DNA of 64,000 nt from an uncultured Candidatus Rokubacteria bacterium (GCA_963789955.1 CAWBMV010000034.1:1024001-1088000), one strand, 5' to 3'. Shown: positions 33,119-41,750, numbered from the stretch's first letter. The notes: generated by a model from the sequence alone, not told the origin. Made by a program: numbers and translations.

Positions 33119-33258
33119 CTCGGATGATTTGCTTAGGGCAATTCGAAGCGTCGGCTCCCGCGCCGGTCGCTTCGCTCCGGCGCTGCTATGCATCCCGACC
33201 TCACGTGCCGCGCATGCTTTTGTGCTTCGCCTACGTCGTAGGCCAAGAGTCGGCGGGG

Positions 33259-33434
33259 CACGCGTGGAGCCCGCGGGGGCGGAGTGGTGCGGGGGGTGTC
33301 GGGACCCGTTCCCTCCTAGCGAGCGGCGGATCGAGTGCGCCGGGATGGAGCCCAGCCGATATGGAAAATGCGCACGCGTGCCGCGTGGTCCCGACACCCC
33401 CCGCACCACCCCGCCCCCGCGGGCTCGACGCGTG
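33259..33434 (-). repeat. Long-stem hairpin element, copy B, inverted relative to A (48-bp inverted repeat with 2 mismatches, 80-nt core)
   Basis: 33259-33306 pairs with 33387-33434; the reverse complement of core 33307-33386 aligns without gaps to core A (56/80 identical by hand count). Confidence 0.95.
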
Positions 33435-33443
33435 GAGAACTGT

Positions 33444-34511
33444 GTGATTCAGCGAGAATGCGGAGTCCTGAAGACGACGTACGAAGCGGATATGGGCCTC
33501 TATCCGCTGCCGATCGCGCGGTGGACCGTCGCAGCGCTGGGCGTGGTGTTCTTTCTGGTCATCCCGCTCTCGCTCCACGAGTACTACCTGTCGGTCGCCA
33601 ACCTGGTGTGGATCGCGATCATCGGCGCGCTCGGCCTCAACATCCTGGTCGGCTACACGGGCCAGGTGTCGATCGGCCACGGCGCGTTCATGTCGGTCGG
33701 GGCCTACACGGCCGCCAACCTCGCCAATCGCCTGGGCTCGCCGTGGCCCGTGAACCTGCTTGCCGGCGGCTTGATGGCGGCGCTGATCGGCGCCATTGTT
33801 GGTATCCCGTCCCTGCGCATCAAGGGGCTCTACCTGGCCATCGCCACCCTGGCCGGTCAGCTCATCATCGAGTGGACGATCAACCACGTGACGTTCATCA
33901 GCGGGGGCGTGCAGGCCTCGATCGAGGTGGCCCGGCCGCGGGTGGGCGCGTACGTCATCGACAGTCAGCGGGACATGTACTACTTCCTGCTCGTGTTCGT
34001 CGTCCTGGCCATCGTGGCGACGATGAACCTGATGCGTACGCGAGTCGGGCGCGCGTTCATCGCGATCCGCGATCAGGACATCGCGGCGGAGATCATCGGC
34101 ATCAACATCTTTCGCTACAAGCTCCTCGCGTTCGCCATCTCGTCCTTCTTCGCCGGGGTGACTGGCGTGCTCTACACGTACTTCCTCGGCATCGCCAACT
34201 ACGAGCAGTTCCAGATCGGCGTGTCGATCGATTACCTGGCGATGATCATCATCGGCGGGCTCGGGTCCGTGCTCGGCTCGATCTTCGGCGCGATCTTCGT
34301 GACCCTGCTGCCGATCGTCATCCGGTACGCCATGGAGTCGTTCGGTGGGTTGTTCTTCAGCCAGTCAACCGTGCTCAACCTGATTCCCAACCTCCGCCTG
34401 ATGATGTTCGGCGCCCTCATCATCTTCTTCCTGATCGTGGAGCCCGATGGGCTGAACCGTCTCTGGCGGAACATTCGAAGCTACTTCAGAGTCTGGCCGT
34501 TCGCGTACTGA
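33444..34511 (+). CDS. Liv-type ABC permease (LivM-like), second module
   Basis: GTG 33444 (VIQRECGVLKTTY parallels MIYREAGQFKTTY), RBS GGAGA; GLNILVGYTGQVSIG, PSLRIKGLYLAIATLA. Confidence 0.92.
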   Translation: MIQRECGVLKTTYEADMGLYPLPIARWTVAALGVVFFLVIPLSLHEYYLSVANLVWIAIIGALGLNILVGYTGQVSIGHGAFMSVGAYTAANLANRLGSPWPVNLLAGGLMAALIGAIVGIPSLRIKGLYLAIATLAGQLIIEWTINHVTFISGGVQASIEVARPRVGAYVIDSQRDMYYFLLVFVVLAIVATMNLMRTRVGRAFIAIRDQDIAAEIIGINIFRYKLLAFAISSFFAGVTGVLYTYFLGIANYEQFQIGVSIDYLAMIIIGGLGSVLGSIFGAIFVTLLPIVIRYAMESFGGLFFSQSTVLNLIPNLRLMMFGALIIFFLIVEPDGLNRLWRNIRSYFRVWPFAY

Positions 34512-34533
34512 GTACGCGAGCAAGGAGGAGCAG

Positions 34534-35787
34534 ATGAGACAGTTCCTGGTCATCGCGATGGCAGTGATCGTGGCGGCGGGCAGCCTGCTGACGGCGGGTT
34601 CGTCGCTCGCCCAATCGAAGAGCGAAATCGTGATCGGCGTGCAGTGTGACCGCACCGGACCGACCCAGGTCGTGGGCACGGTCCTGTGCCCGGGCGAACA
34701 CGACTACATCGCCCTCGTCAACTCCAAGGGCGGCGTCGAGGGGCATCACATCAAGGACCTCGAGATCGATCACGAGTACAAGGTGCCGCCGGCCGTCGAG
34801 TCCTACGAGCGTTTCAAGAAGGAAGGCGCCGTGTCGATTTCGGTGTACGGGACGCCGCAGATCTACGCGCTCGCGGCGAAGCTCACCGAGGATCGAATCC
34901 CCGGCACCTCGCCCGGCTTCGGGAGCGCCGCGGCCGCCGACGGCCTCCGGTACCCGTACATCTTCCCGATCGCCGCCACCTACTGGTCGCAGGCCGCCGC
35001 GGCGGTCGATTTCGTGAAGAAGCAGCTCGGCGGCAACATCAAGGGTAAGAAGATCGCGTTCATCTTCTATGACAATCCCGCCGGCCGGGAGCCGATCGAG
35101 GTGCTCGAGGCGCTTGCGGCCAAGGAGGGCTTCCAGCTCAGGACCTTCGCGGTGCCGCCGCCCGGCGTCGAGATGGGCGCCCAGGTGCTCGACATCGCCC
35201 AGCGGTACCGGGCGGACTTCGTCATCGGACACCTGTTCGGCGGCGCGCCGCAGGTGTCGATCAAGGAGTTCAAGCGGGTCGGGTATCCGCTCCGCAAGTT
35301 CGTGTCCTTCGTGTGGGGCGGCGGCGAGGCCAACATCGAGGGCGCCGGAGGCTTCGGGGTCGCCGAGGGATATTACGTCATGCAGTTCGCCGGCGTGGGC
35401 AGCGACTACCCGGTGCTCAACGAGATCCGCGAGATGTACAAGAAGCAGGGCAAGGAGCCGCCGAAGGAAATGGCCTCGACGGTGTTCTACAACCGGGGCG
35501 TGCTGGTCGCCGCGCTGCACGTCGAGGCGATTCGCAACGCGCTGAAGGCGAAGCCCGACGGCAAGATCACCGGCGAGGACGTGAAGAAGGGCTTCGAGAA
35601 GATTTCCGGCTTCACCCTGGGCGGGCTCGTGCCGCCGCTCAAGATCACCCCGACCGACCACGAGGGCGGCGGGCTCGTGCAGATCTGGCAAGTGAAGGGC
35701 GGCAAGTTCGTGAAGGTGACCGACTGGTACGCCGCCTACCAGGACGTGGTGGCCAAGCAGATCAAGGAGGCGGCTGCGAAGAAGTAG
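34534..35787 (+). CDS. Liv-type ABC substrate-binding protein, second module
   Basis: Signal peptide; DRTGPTQ, SKGGVEG, ITPTDHEGGG. Confidence 0.92.
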   Translation: MRQFLVIAMAVIVAAGSLLTAGSSLAQSKSEIVIGVQCDRTGPTQVVGTVLCPGEHDYIALVNSKGGVEGHHIKDLEIDHEYKVPPAVESYERFKKEGAVSISVYGTPQIYALAAKLTEDRIPGTSPGFGSAAAADGLRYPYIFPIAATYWSQAAAAVDFVKKQLGGNIKGKKIAFIFYDNPAGREPIEVLEALAAKEGFQLRTFAVPPPGVEMGAQVLDIAQRYRADFVIGHLFGGAPQVSIKEFKRVGYPLRKFVSFVWGGGEANIEGAGGFGVAEGYYVMQFAGVGSDYPVLNEIREMYKKQGKEPPKEMASTVFYNRGVLVAALHVEAIRNALKAKPDGKITGEDVKKGFEKISGFTLGGLVPPLKITPTDHEGGGLVQIWQVKGGKFVKVTDWYAAYQDVVAKQIKEAAAKK

Positions 35788-35798
35788 GGCGGGCGGCC

Positions 35799-36593
35799 AT
35801 GCTGAGCCTCAACAACATCGAGGTCATCTACGACGGCGTGATCCTCGTCCTCAAGGGCGTGTCGCTCAACGTCCGCGAGGGCGGGATCACGACGTTGCTC
35901 GGCGCCAACGGCGCCGGGAAGACCACGACGCTCAAGGCGATCTCGGGCCTCTTGCGGTCCGAGCGCGGCGACGTCACGAAGGGCTCGATCGAGTTCAAGA
36001 ACGAGCGGATCGACCGCCTGCCCCCGCACGCGGTCGTCCGTCACGGCATCGTGCAGGTGTTCGAAGGCCGCCGGGTCTTCGAGCACCTGACGACCGAAGA
36101 AAACCTGATCGCCGGCGCGCACATCCAGAGGGACCGGCATCGCGTCGCGGCCGGGATCGAGCGCGTCTACGGCTACTTTCCGCGTCTCAAGGAACGGCGC
36201 GGCGTCCAGGCCGGGTACCTGTCCGGCGGCGAGCAGCAGATGCTGGTCATCGGCCGCGCGCTGATGGCCGATCCCCACGTGATACTCCTCGACGAGCCGT
36301 CGCTCGGCCTGGCGCCGATGCTCGTGGAGGAGATCTTCGCGATCGTGCAGCAGCTGAATCGGCAAGAGAAGCTCACCGTGCTGCTGGTCGAGCAGAACGC
36401 CTCGCTGGCGCTGACCATCGCCGAGCACGGCTACGTGATGGAGAACGGGCGGATCGTGCTCGACGGCACCGCCGCGATGCTCACGCAGAACGCCGACATC
36501 AAAGAGTTCTACCTCGGCCTCACCGAGGTCGGCAGCCGCAAGTCGTACCGGGACGTCAAGCACTACAAGCGCCGCAAACGTTGGCTCTCTTGA
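35799..36593 (+). CDS. Liv-type ABC ATP-binding protein (LivF-like), second module
   Basis: GANGAGKT, LSGGEQQM, LLDEPSLGLAP, YRDVKHYKRRKRWL. Confidence 0.93.
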   Translation: MLSLNNIEVIYDGVILVLKGVSLNVREGGITTLLGANGAGKTTTLKAISGLLRSERGDVTKGSIEFKNERIDRLPPHAVVRHGIVQVFEGRRVFEHLTTEENLIAGAHIQRDRHRVAAGIERVYGYFPRLKERRGVQAGYLSGGEQQMLVIGRALMADPHVILLDEPSLGLAPMLVEEIFAIVQQLNRQEKLTVLLVEQNASLALTIAEHGYVMENGRIVLDGTAAMLTQNADIKEFYLGLTEVGSRKSYRDVKHYKRRKRWLS

Positions 36594-36608
36594 GAGGAGC
36601 GAACTTCG

Positions 36609-37061
36609 ATGGGTCTGAGGCGAGGGATTGGACTGTGGATGATTGTGGTCGTCGCGACGCTGAACCTCGCGGCGTGCGCGACGATGGGCGATCCGCCGCC
36701 GACACTCTACAAGCGGCTGGGCGGGCGCGAGGGTATCGCGCTCGTGGTCGGCGACTTCGTCACCAACATGGCCGGCGACAGCCGCGTCAATGCGCGGTTC
36801 AAGGACATGAAAGGTCCGGACGTCGAGAAGCTGAAGTCCAACCTCGCCGACCAGATCTGCGACGCGACCGGCGGGCCCTGCTCCTATCTGGGGCGCGACA
36901 TGAAGACGAGCCACAAGGGCATGAAGATCACCGACGCCGAGTGGAACGCGACCGTCGAGAATCTCACCAAGGCGCTCGACAAGAACAAGGTCGCGGCCAA
37001 GGACCAGAGCGAGCTGCTCGGTCTGCTCGGGCCGATGAAGGCGGACATCGTCGGCCAGTAA
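36609..37061 (+). CDS. Group I truncated haemoglobin with lipoprotein signal
   Basis: LYKRLGG, TGGPCSYLGRDMKTSH (proximal His), lipobox LAAC. Confidence 0.88.
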   Translation: MGLRRGIGLWMIVVVATLNLAACATMGDPPPTLYKRLGGREGIALVVGDFVTNMAGDSRVNARFKDMKGPDVEKLKSNLADQICDATGGPCSYLGRDMKTSHKGMKITDAEWNATVENLTKALDKNKVAAKDQSELLGLLGPMKADIVGQ

Positions 37062-37069
37062 GTAAGTAG

Positions 37070-38594
37070 ATGAGCGCCCAGGCGTTCACGGTCTACGACC
37101 TGCTCGTGCGGGGTGCGTCGCTGCTATGGCGACGCGCCGGCGCTGATCCAGTCCACGCGGCAGTGGACCTTCCGTCAGCTCCTGGAGCGCGCCGACCGGC
37201 TCGCCGCCGGGCTGGTCGGGCTCGGCCTGTCCCGGGGCGATCGAATCTGCATCCTCGCCCAGAACGACGTCGGCTACGTCGATCTGTACGGCGCCTGCGC
37301 CCGCCAGGGCATCATCGCGTACCCGATCAACTGGCGGCTCACGGCGCCTGAGGTCGAGCGCGTCCTGGAGCGGGCATCGCCCGTGATGATGGTCGCGGAC
37401 GCGTCCACCCTGCCGGTCGTCGGTGAGTGGCCGCGCTCCAAGCGCGGCATCGCGCACTGGTACCAGCTCGGCGAGGCGCCGCCGGCGCCCGGCTTCGCGG
37501 CGCTGTCGAGCCTCTACCGCGACGGCGAGGCGCCGCCGGTCGCCGAGGTGGGCGGCGACGATCCCTTCGCGGTGATCTCCACGGCGGCGGTGGACGTGAT
37601 CCCGCGGGGCGCCGTGCTCACGCACACGAACATGATCACGGCGTCGCTCGTGGTCGTTCAGAGCCTCGGGTTCACGGCCGTCGATCGCTATCTGCTCGCG
37701 CTGCCGCTGTTTCACATCACGGCGCTCGGCAACTTCGTGGCGCACCTGCACGCGGGCGGCGCCTGTGTGCTGGTCGCGCGCTATGACGCCGAGGAGGCGG
37801 TGCGCCTGATCGACGCGCATCGCATCACACACCTCTCGGACTTTCCGCCGGTGCTCGTCAACCTGCTGGACGCCGCGCAGAAGCTCGGGAGCAAGCTGTC
37901 GAGCTTGAAGCACGTGTCGGGCCTCGACGCGCCGCCGACCATCCAGCGGCTGCACGATGAGACGCAGGCGCAGTTCTGGACGGGCTTCGGACAGTCCGAG
38001 ACCACCGGGTTCGTCAGCATCCAGCGCGTGCGCGACAAGCCCGGCGCCGCCGGCCGGCCGATTCCCGTGTGCCGGGTGCGGCTCGTCGACGACTACGACC
38101 GCGAGGTGCCGGCCGGCACACCCGGCGAGATCGTGGTGCGCGGGCCGGTCGTGTTCCAGGGCTACTTCGGCCAGCCCGACGTGACCGCGTACACCTTGCG
38201 CAACGGCTGGCACCACACCGGCGACGTGGGCCGCTTCGACGACGAGGGCTGGCTCTACTACGTCAAGCGCAAGCCCGAAAAGGAGCTGATCAAGCCCGGC
38301 GGCGAGAACGTCTATCCGGCCGAGGTCGAGTCGGTGATCGTGCAGATGGACGGGATCGGCGCGGCATGCGTCTACGGGATCCCCGACGTCAAGTGGGGCG
38401 AGTCGATCAAGGCGGTCGTCGAAGTGCGGCCGGCCGACCGCTATACCGCTCAACAAGTCATCGACTTCGTGGGCTCGAAGATCGCGCGGTTCAAGCGCCC
38501 GCATGCGGTCGCGTTCACCGACGCGCTGCCCCGGACCGCCGACGGCGCCGTGGACCGCGAAGCGGTGAAGGCCCGGTGGGGCGCCGGAGCATGA
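37070..38594 (+). CDS. Adenylate-forming (acyl-CoA ligase-like) protein with degenerate motifs (frameshift near 37115)
   Basis: GFGQSET, GEIVVRGP, WHHTGDVG, ELIKPGGENVYPAEVE; P-loop reads STAAVDVIPRG. Confidence 0.88.
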
Positions 38595-38622
38595 AGGTCG
38601 AGAGCTCAAGCAATTTCCCGGC

Positions 38623-39465
38623 GTGAGCTCGCCTGACTTCGTCGCCATCGGGCACGTCACGCTCGACCGCTTCGGCGAATCCACGCGTCCCGGCGGCTCC
38701 GCGCTCTACGCCGCCGTCACCGCCTACCGTCTCGGCCTGTCCGTCGGTCTCCTCACGAGTCACGGCGACGATTTTCCGCTCGCGGTGATTCCGCCGAAGA
38801 TCGAGGTCATCAGCATTCCCGCCGACGAGACGACCGTGTTCGAGCACCGGCACGAGCCCGGCGGCCGCGTGTCCCACGTGCGCTCGGTCGCCAGCCCTCT
38901 GACGACGGCCGACGTGCCCGAAGACTGGCGCGACGCCGCGCTGACTTTGCTGGCACCGGTGGTCGACGAGGTCGATCCGATGATCGCGACGCTCTTCACG
39001 GACGGCGCTGTCGGCGCGGCCGCGCAGGGCTGGGTACGCCAGGTGACGCCGGACGGGCTCGTCGTCCCGCGTCCCTGGCAGTCGCCCGAGAGTCTGCTGC
39101 AATCGGTCCAGGCACTGTTCCTGAGCCGCGAGGACATCCTCGGCCAGGAAGCCGAGGTGATCGAGTGGTTCCAGCGCATGCCCGTCGGCGTGCTCACGGC
39201 CGACCGCGTCGGCGCCCTCTTGTTCGTGAACGGCGAGCGGTACGAGGTTCAGCCGCGCCCGGCGCGCGAAGTCGACCCGACCGGCGCCGGCGACGTGTTC
39301 GCCGCAACCTTTCTCATCCAGTACCAGCGTGACGGCGACGCCTGGCAGGCTGCGGCCGCCGCGGCCTGCGCGGGCTCGCTCGCGGTGGAAGGTGAGGGGT
39401 GGTCGGCGGTCGCCGATCGCGCCGCGCTCGATGCGGCGCTCCTCGAATATCAACTGAGCCAGTAG
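38623..39465 (+). CDS. PfkB/ribokinase family carbohydrate kinase
   Basis: GHVTLD, PGGSALYAA, DPTGAGDVFAA. Confidence 0.9.
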   Translation: MSSPDFVAIGHVTLDRFGESTRPGGSALYAAVTAYRLGLSVGLLTSHGDDFPLAVIPPKIEVISIPADETTVFEHRHEPGGRVSHVRSVASPLTTADVPEDWRDAALTLLAPVVDEVDPMIATLFTDGAVGAAAQGWVRQVTPDGLVVPRPWQSPESLLQSVQALFLSREDILGQEAEVIEWFQRMPVGVLTADRVGALLFVNGERYEVQPRPAREVDPTGAGDVFAATFLIQYQRDGDAWQAAAAAACAGSLAVEGEGWSAVADRAALDAALLEYQLSQ

Positions 39466-39474
39466 GAGACGTTC

Positions 39475-39504
39475 TTGACACTCGTCGAAGGCGGAGCCTA
39501 CCCT
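39475..39504 (+). promoter_or_regulatory. Putative sigma70 promoter (likely leaderless transcript)
   Basis: TTGACA-N18-TACCCT ending 7 nt before ATG 39512, with no RBS. Confidence 0.55.
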
Positions 39505-39511
39505 GGGCTCG

Positions 39512-39883
39512 ATGGACCGCGCGATCCGGATCACCGCAGGCGCCGTCTCGGCCGAAGCACGGCTCAACGATTCGAAGACGGCGGGCGCGATCTGGGATGC
39601 GCTGCCGATCGAGGCGAAGGGCCAGACGTGGGGCGACGAGATCTATTTCGACATCGGCGTGACGGCGCCTCCCGAGGAGGCGCGCGACGTCGTGGACGTC
39701 GGCGACCTTGCCTACTGGCCGCCCGGCCAGGCTTTTTGCATTTTCTTCGGTCGGACACCGGCGAGCCGGGGCGACGAGTGTCGCGCAGCGAGCCCGGTGA
39801 ACGTCGTCGGCAAGATCGTGGGCGACGCCCGGATGTTCACGAAGGTGCGCTCGGGCTCGCGCGTGACGATCGAGCGGCAATGA
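39512..39883 (+). CDS. Cyclophilin-like fold protein (DUF369/TM1367-like)
   Basis: TAGAIWDALP, WGDEIYF, GDLAYWPPGQAFCIFFGRTP, ASPVNVVG. Confidence 0.85.
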   Translation: MDRAIRITAGAVSAEARLNDSKTAGAIWDALPIEAKGQTWGDEIYFDIGVTAPPEEARDVVDVGDLAYWPPGQAFCIFFGRTPASRGDECRAASPVNVVGKIVGDARMFTKVRSGSRVTIERQ

Positions 39884-39916
39884 CCCGGCCGGCTATTCAC
39901 TGAGAGGGAGGGCGCG

Positions 39917-40567
39917 ATGAAGATCTTTCTCGACACGGCGAGCATCAGCGAGATCAAGGAAGGCGTGGCGCTGGGCCTGGTCGACGGCGTGACCACCAAT
40001 CCGTCGCTGATCGCCAAGGAGAAGCGTCCGTTCCGTCCGCTGGTCGAAGAGATCTGCGCGGCCGTGCCCGGCGACGTGAGCCTCGAAGTGGTCGCGACGG
40101 ACTTCGAAGGCATGGTGAAGGAAGGCGAGGAGCTCGCGCAGGTCGCGCCGAACGTCGTCGTGAAGTGTCCGCTCACCAAGGACGGCCTCAAGGCGGTGAA
40201 GTACCTCTCGGGCAAGGGCATCCGCGTGAACCAGACCTTGTGCTTCTCGGCGACCCAGGCGCTGCTCTCCGCCAAGGCGGGCGCCGTCTACATCAGCCCG
40301 TTCCTCGGACGCCTCGACGACATCGGGCACGTCGGCATGGACCTGGTCCGCGACATCTGCGAGATCTACCGCGTCCAGGGCTTCAAGACCCAGGTGCTCG
40401 CGGCGTCGATCCGCAACCCGATCCACGTCATCGACGCCGCCAAGGCCGGCGCGCATGTCGTGACGCTCCCGTTCGCGGTGCTCGAGCAGCTCATGAAGCA
40501 TCCGCTGACCGACATCGGGCTCAAGAAGTTCCTCGAGGACTGGGCGAAGCTCGGCGAGAAGATCTGA
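39917..40567 (+). CDS. tal: Transaldolase (short TalC/FSA-family)
   Basis: [34 protein letters not shown] (Phe and Glu of transaldolase type), AASIR. Confidence 0.9.
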   Translation: MKIFLDTASISEIKEGVALGLVDGVTTNPSLIAKEKRPFRPLVEEICAAVPGDVSLEVVATDFEGMVKEGEELAQVAPNVVVKCPLTKDGLKAVKYLSGKGIRVNQTLCFSATQALLSAKAGAVYISPFLGRLDDIGHVGMDLVRDICEIYRVQGFKTQVLAASIRNPIHVIDAAKAGAHVVTLPFAVLEQLMKHPLTDIGLKKFLEDWAKLGEKI

Positions 40568-40684
40568 ACCGGGCACTCAGCCCGGCGTAGCCCGTTAGTC
40601 CCGGACTTACACCGCCCTGGAGAAGCTACACGCTTCTCGAGCGCGCATGGCGCGCGAAACCCGCAAAAAACCTATTCCTCCAAG

Positions 40685-40700
40685 TGGCAGAAGGCTTGCT
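40685..40700 (+). promoter_or_regulatory. Putative sigma54 promoter upstream of thioredoxin
   Basis: TGGCAGAAGGCTTGCT (GG-N10-GC), then RBS AGGAGG at 40731 and ATG 40747. Confidence 0.65.
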
Positions 40701-40746
40701 CCACACGTGTGTCGCAGTGCGCGAGATCCCAGGAGGAATAATCCAG

Positions 40747-41148
40747 ATGCCACAATTGGGGACGTTCTCAGGCAAGGGCCCGCTGACGATCGAAGGTGGC
40801 CCCCGTACGGTGACCGACGCGAGCTTCGCGGCCGACGTCGAGCGATCGCCGCTCCCGGTGCTGCTCGACGCGTGGGCGCCCTGGTGCTGGCCTTGCCAGA
40901 TCATCGGGCCGCTGGTCGAGGAGATCGCGCTCGAGATGGCGGGCCGATTGCGCGTCGGCCGACTCAACGTCGACGAGAATCCGTCGACAACCGCGCGCTT
41001 CGAAATCAACAGCATCCCGACCTTGCTGCTCATCGAGCGCGGACGCGAGATCGATCGGATCAGCGGAGTTCAGACCAAGGCCGAGATCGCGCGGAGGATC
41101 ACGCGGATCCTTCGTGATTCGCCGTCGCGCCCGGTGAGTTCTCTATAG
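40747..41148 (+). CDS. Thioredoxin family protein (WCWPC active site)
   Basis: VTDASFAADV, PVLLDAWAPWCWPC, LNVDENP, SIPTLL. Confidence 0.85.
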   Translation: MPQLGTFSGKGPLTIEGGPRTVTDASFAADVERSPLPVLLDAWAPWCWPCQIIGPLVEEIALEMAGRLRVGRLNVDENPSTTARFEINSIPTLLLIERGREIDRISGVQTKAEIARRITRILRDSPSRPVSSL

Positions 41149-41172
41149 AGAAACTACCCAGAGAAACTACCC
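41147..41172. repeat. 13-bp tandem direct repeat AGAGAAACTACCC x2
   Basis: 41147-41159 and 41160-41172 are identical. Confidence 0.9.
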
Positions 41173-41225
41173 GCCTGCCGCGGGAGCCCGGGCGGAACCT
41201 CACGACTTTCCTGATCGCTCGATCA

Positions 41226-41241
41226 TGGCAGGCTGCTTGCT
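41226..41241 (+). promoter_or_regulatory. Putative sigma54 promoter upstream of lipoprotein gene
   Basis: TGGCAGGCTGCTTGCT (GG-N10-GC); RBS GGAGG before ATG 41301. Confidence 0.65.
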
Positions 41242-41300
41242 CCTAGCAGAGGTTGGCGCACTCGGCGGGAGCTCTGCGGTGAGCGCGCCGGGAGGCAGTC

Positions 41301-41750
41301 ATGCTGAGTCGAGGTCGTGTTGCCGGCTTTGCGTGGGGATTCCTTGCCGTGGCCGCCGTGGCGGGCTGTGCGACTCAACGTAGCGCCGTCGCGGATAGCG
41401 CCTCGATCGCGGGCGTCTGGGAAGGCGAAGTGTGGGAGATGCCTACGCACTACATCCAGGGTGTCCGCCGCATCACGTTGAACGTCAACAAGGACGGCTC
41501 GTGGACGGCGACGAGCGCCGGAGCCCAGTGTGCATCGGGCACCGCGTCGGTCTACGGCGGCCTGGTCGTGCTCGCCGGAACGCGGACGGGCCCGGATTAC
41601 TGCATGCCGTATTCGCTCGCGTCGAAGGACGGGCGCATGAAGGCCGTGTTCGACACCTCGTTCAAGGCGCGTGAGACGTCGGCGATGATCGATCTCAAGC
41701 GCGTCCAGGAGCCGCTGCCCGCGGCGGCGCAGGCGCCGACCCAGCCCTAG
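41301..41750 (+). CDS. Hypothetical lipoprotein
   Basis: Lipobox VAGC, IAGVWEGEVW beta-rich domain, good RBS. Confidence 0.75.
   Translation: MLSRGRVAGFAWGFLAVAAVAGCATQRSAVADSASIAGVWEGEVWEMPTHYIQGVRRITLNVNKDGSWTATSAGAQCASGTASVYGGLVVLAGTRTGPDYCMPYSLASKDGRMKAVFDTSFKARETSAMIDLKRVQEPLPAAAQAPTQP

Noticed and set aside
32951..33434. CRISPR array or integron attC interpretation
   Set aside because: Only two inverted units, with no direct repeat-spacer periodicity, no RYYYAAC/GTTRRRY ends, and no cas or integrase gene.
33063..33443. Pro/Arg-rich N-terminal extension of LivM2, and ORF 32635-33447
   Set aside because: These are translations through the GC-rich hairpin elements; the paralog-matched start is GTG 33444.
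39917..40567. Fructose-6-phosphate aldolase call
   Set aside because: It has SPF (not APY) and Glu in SLEV, the transaldolase-type residues.
40684..40746. N-terminal extension of thioredoxin (TrxC zinc finger)
   Set aside because: No CxxC pairs; the region holds the sigma54 motif and RBS, so ATG 40747 is preferred.
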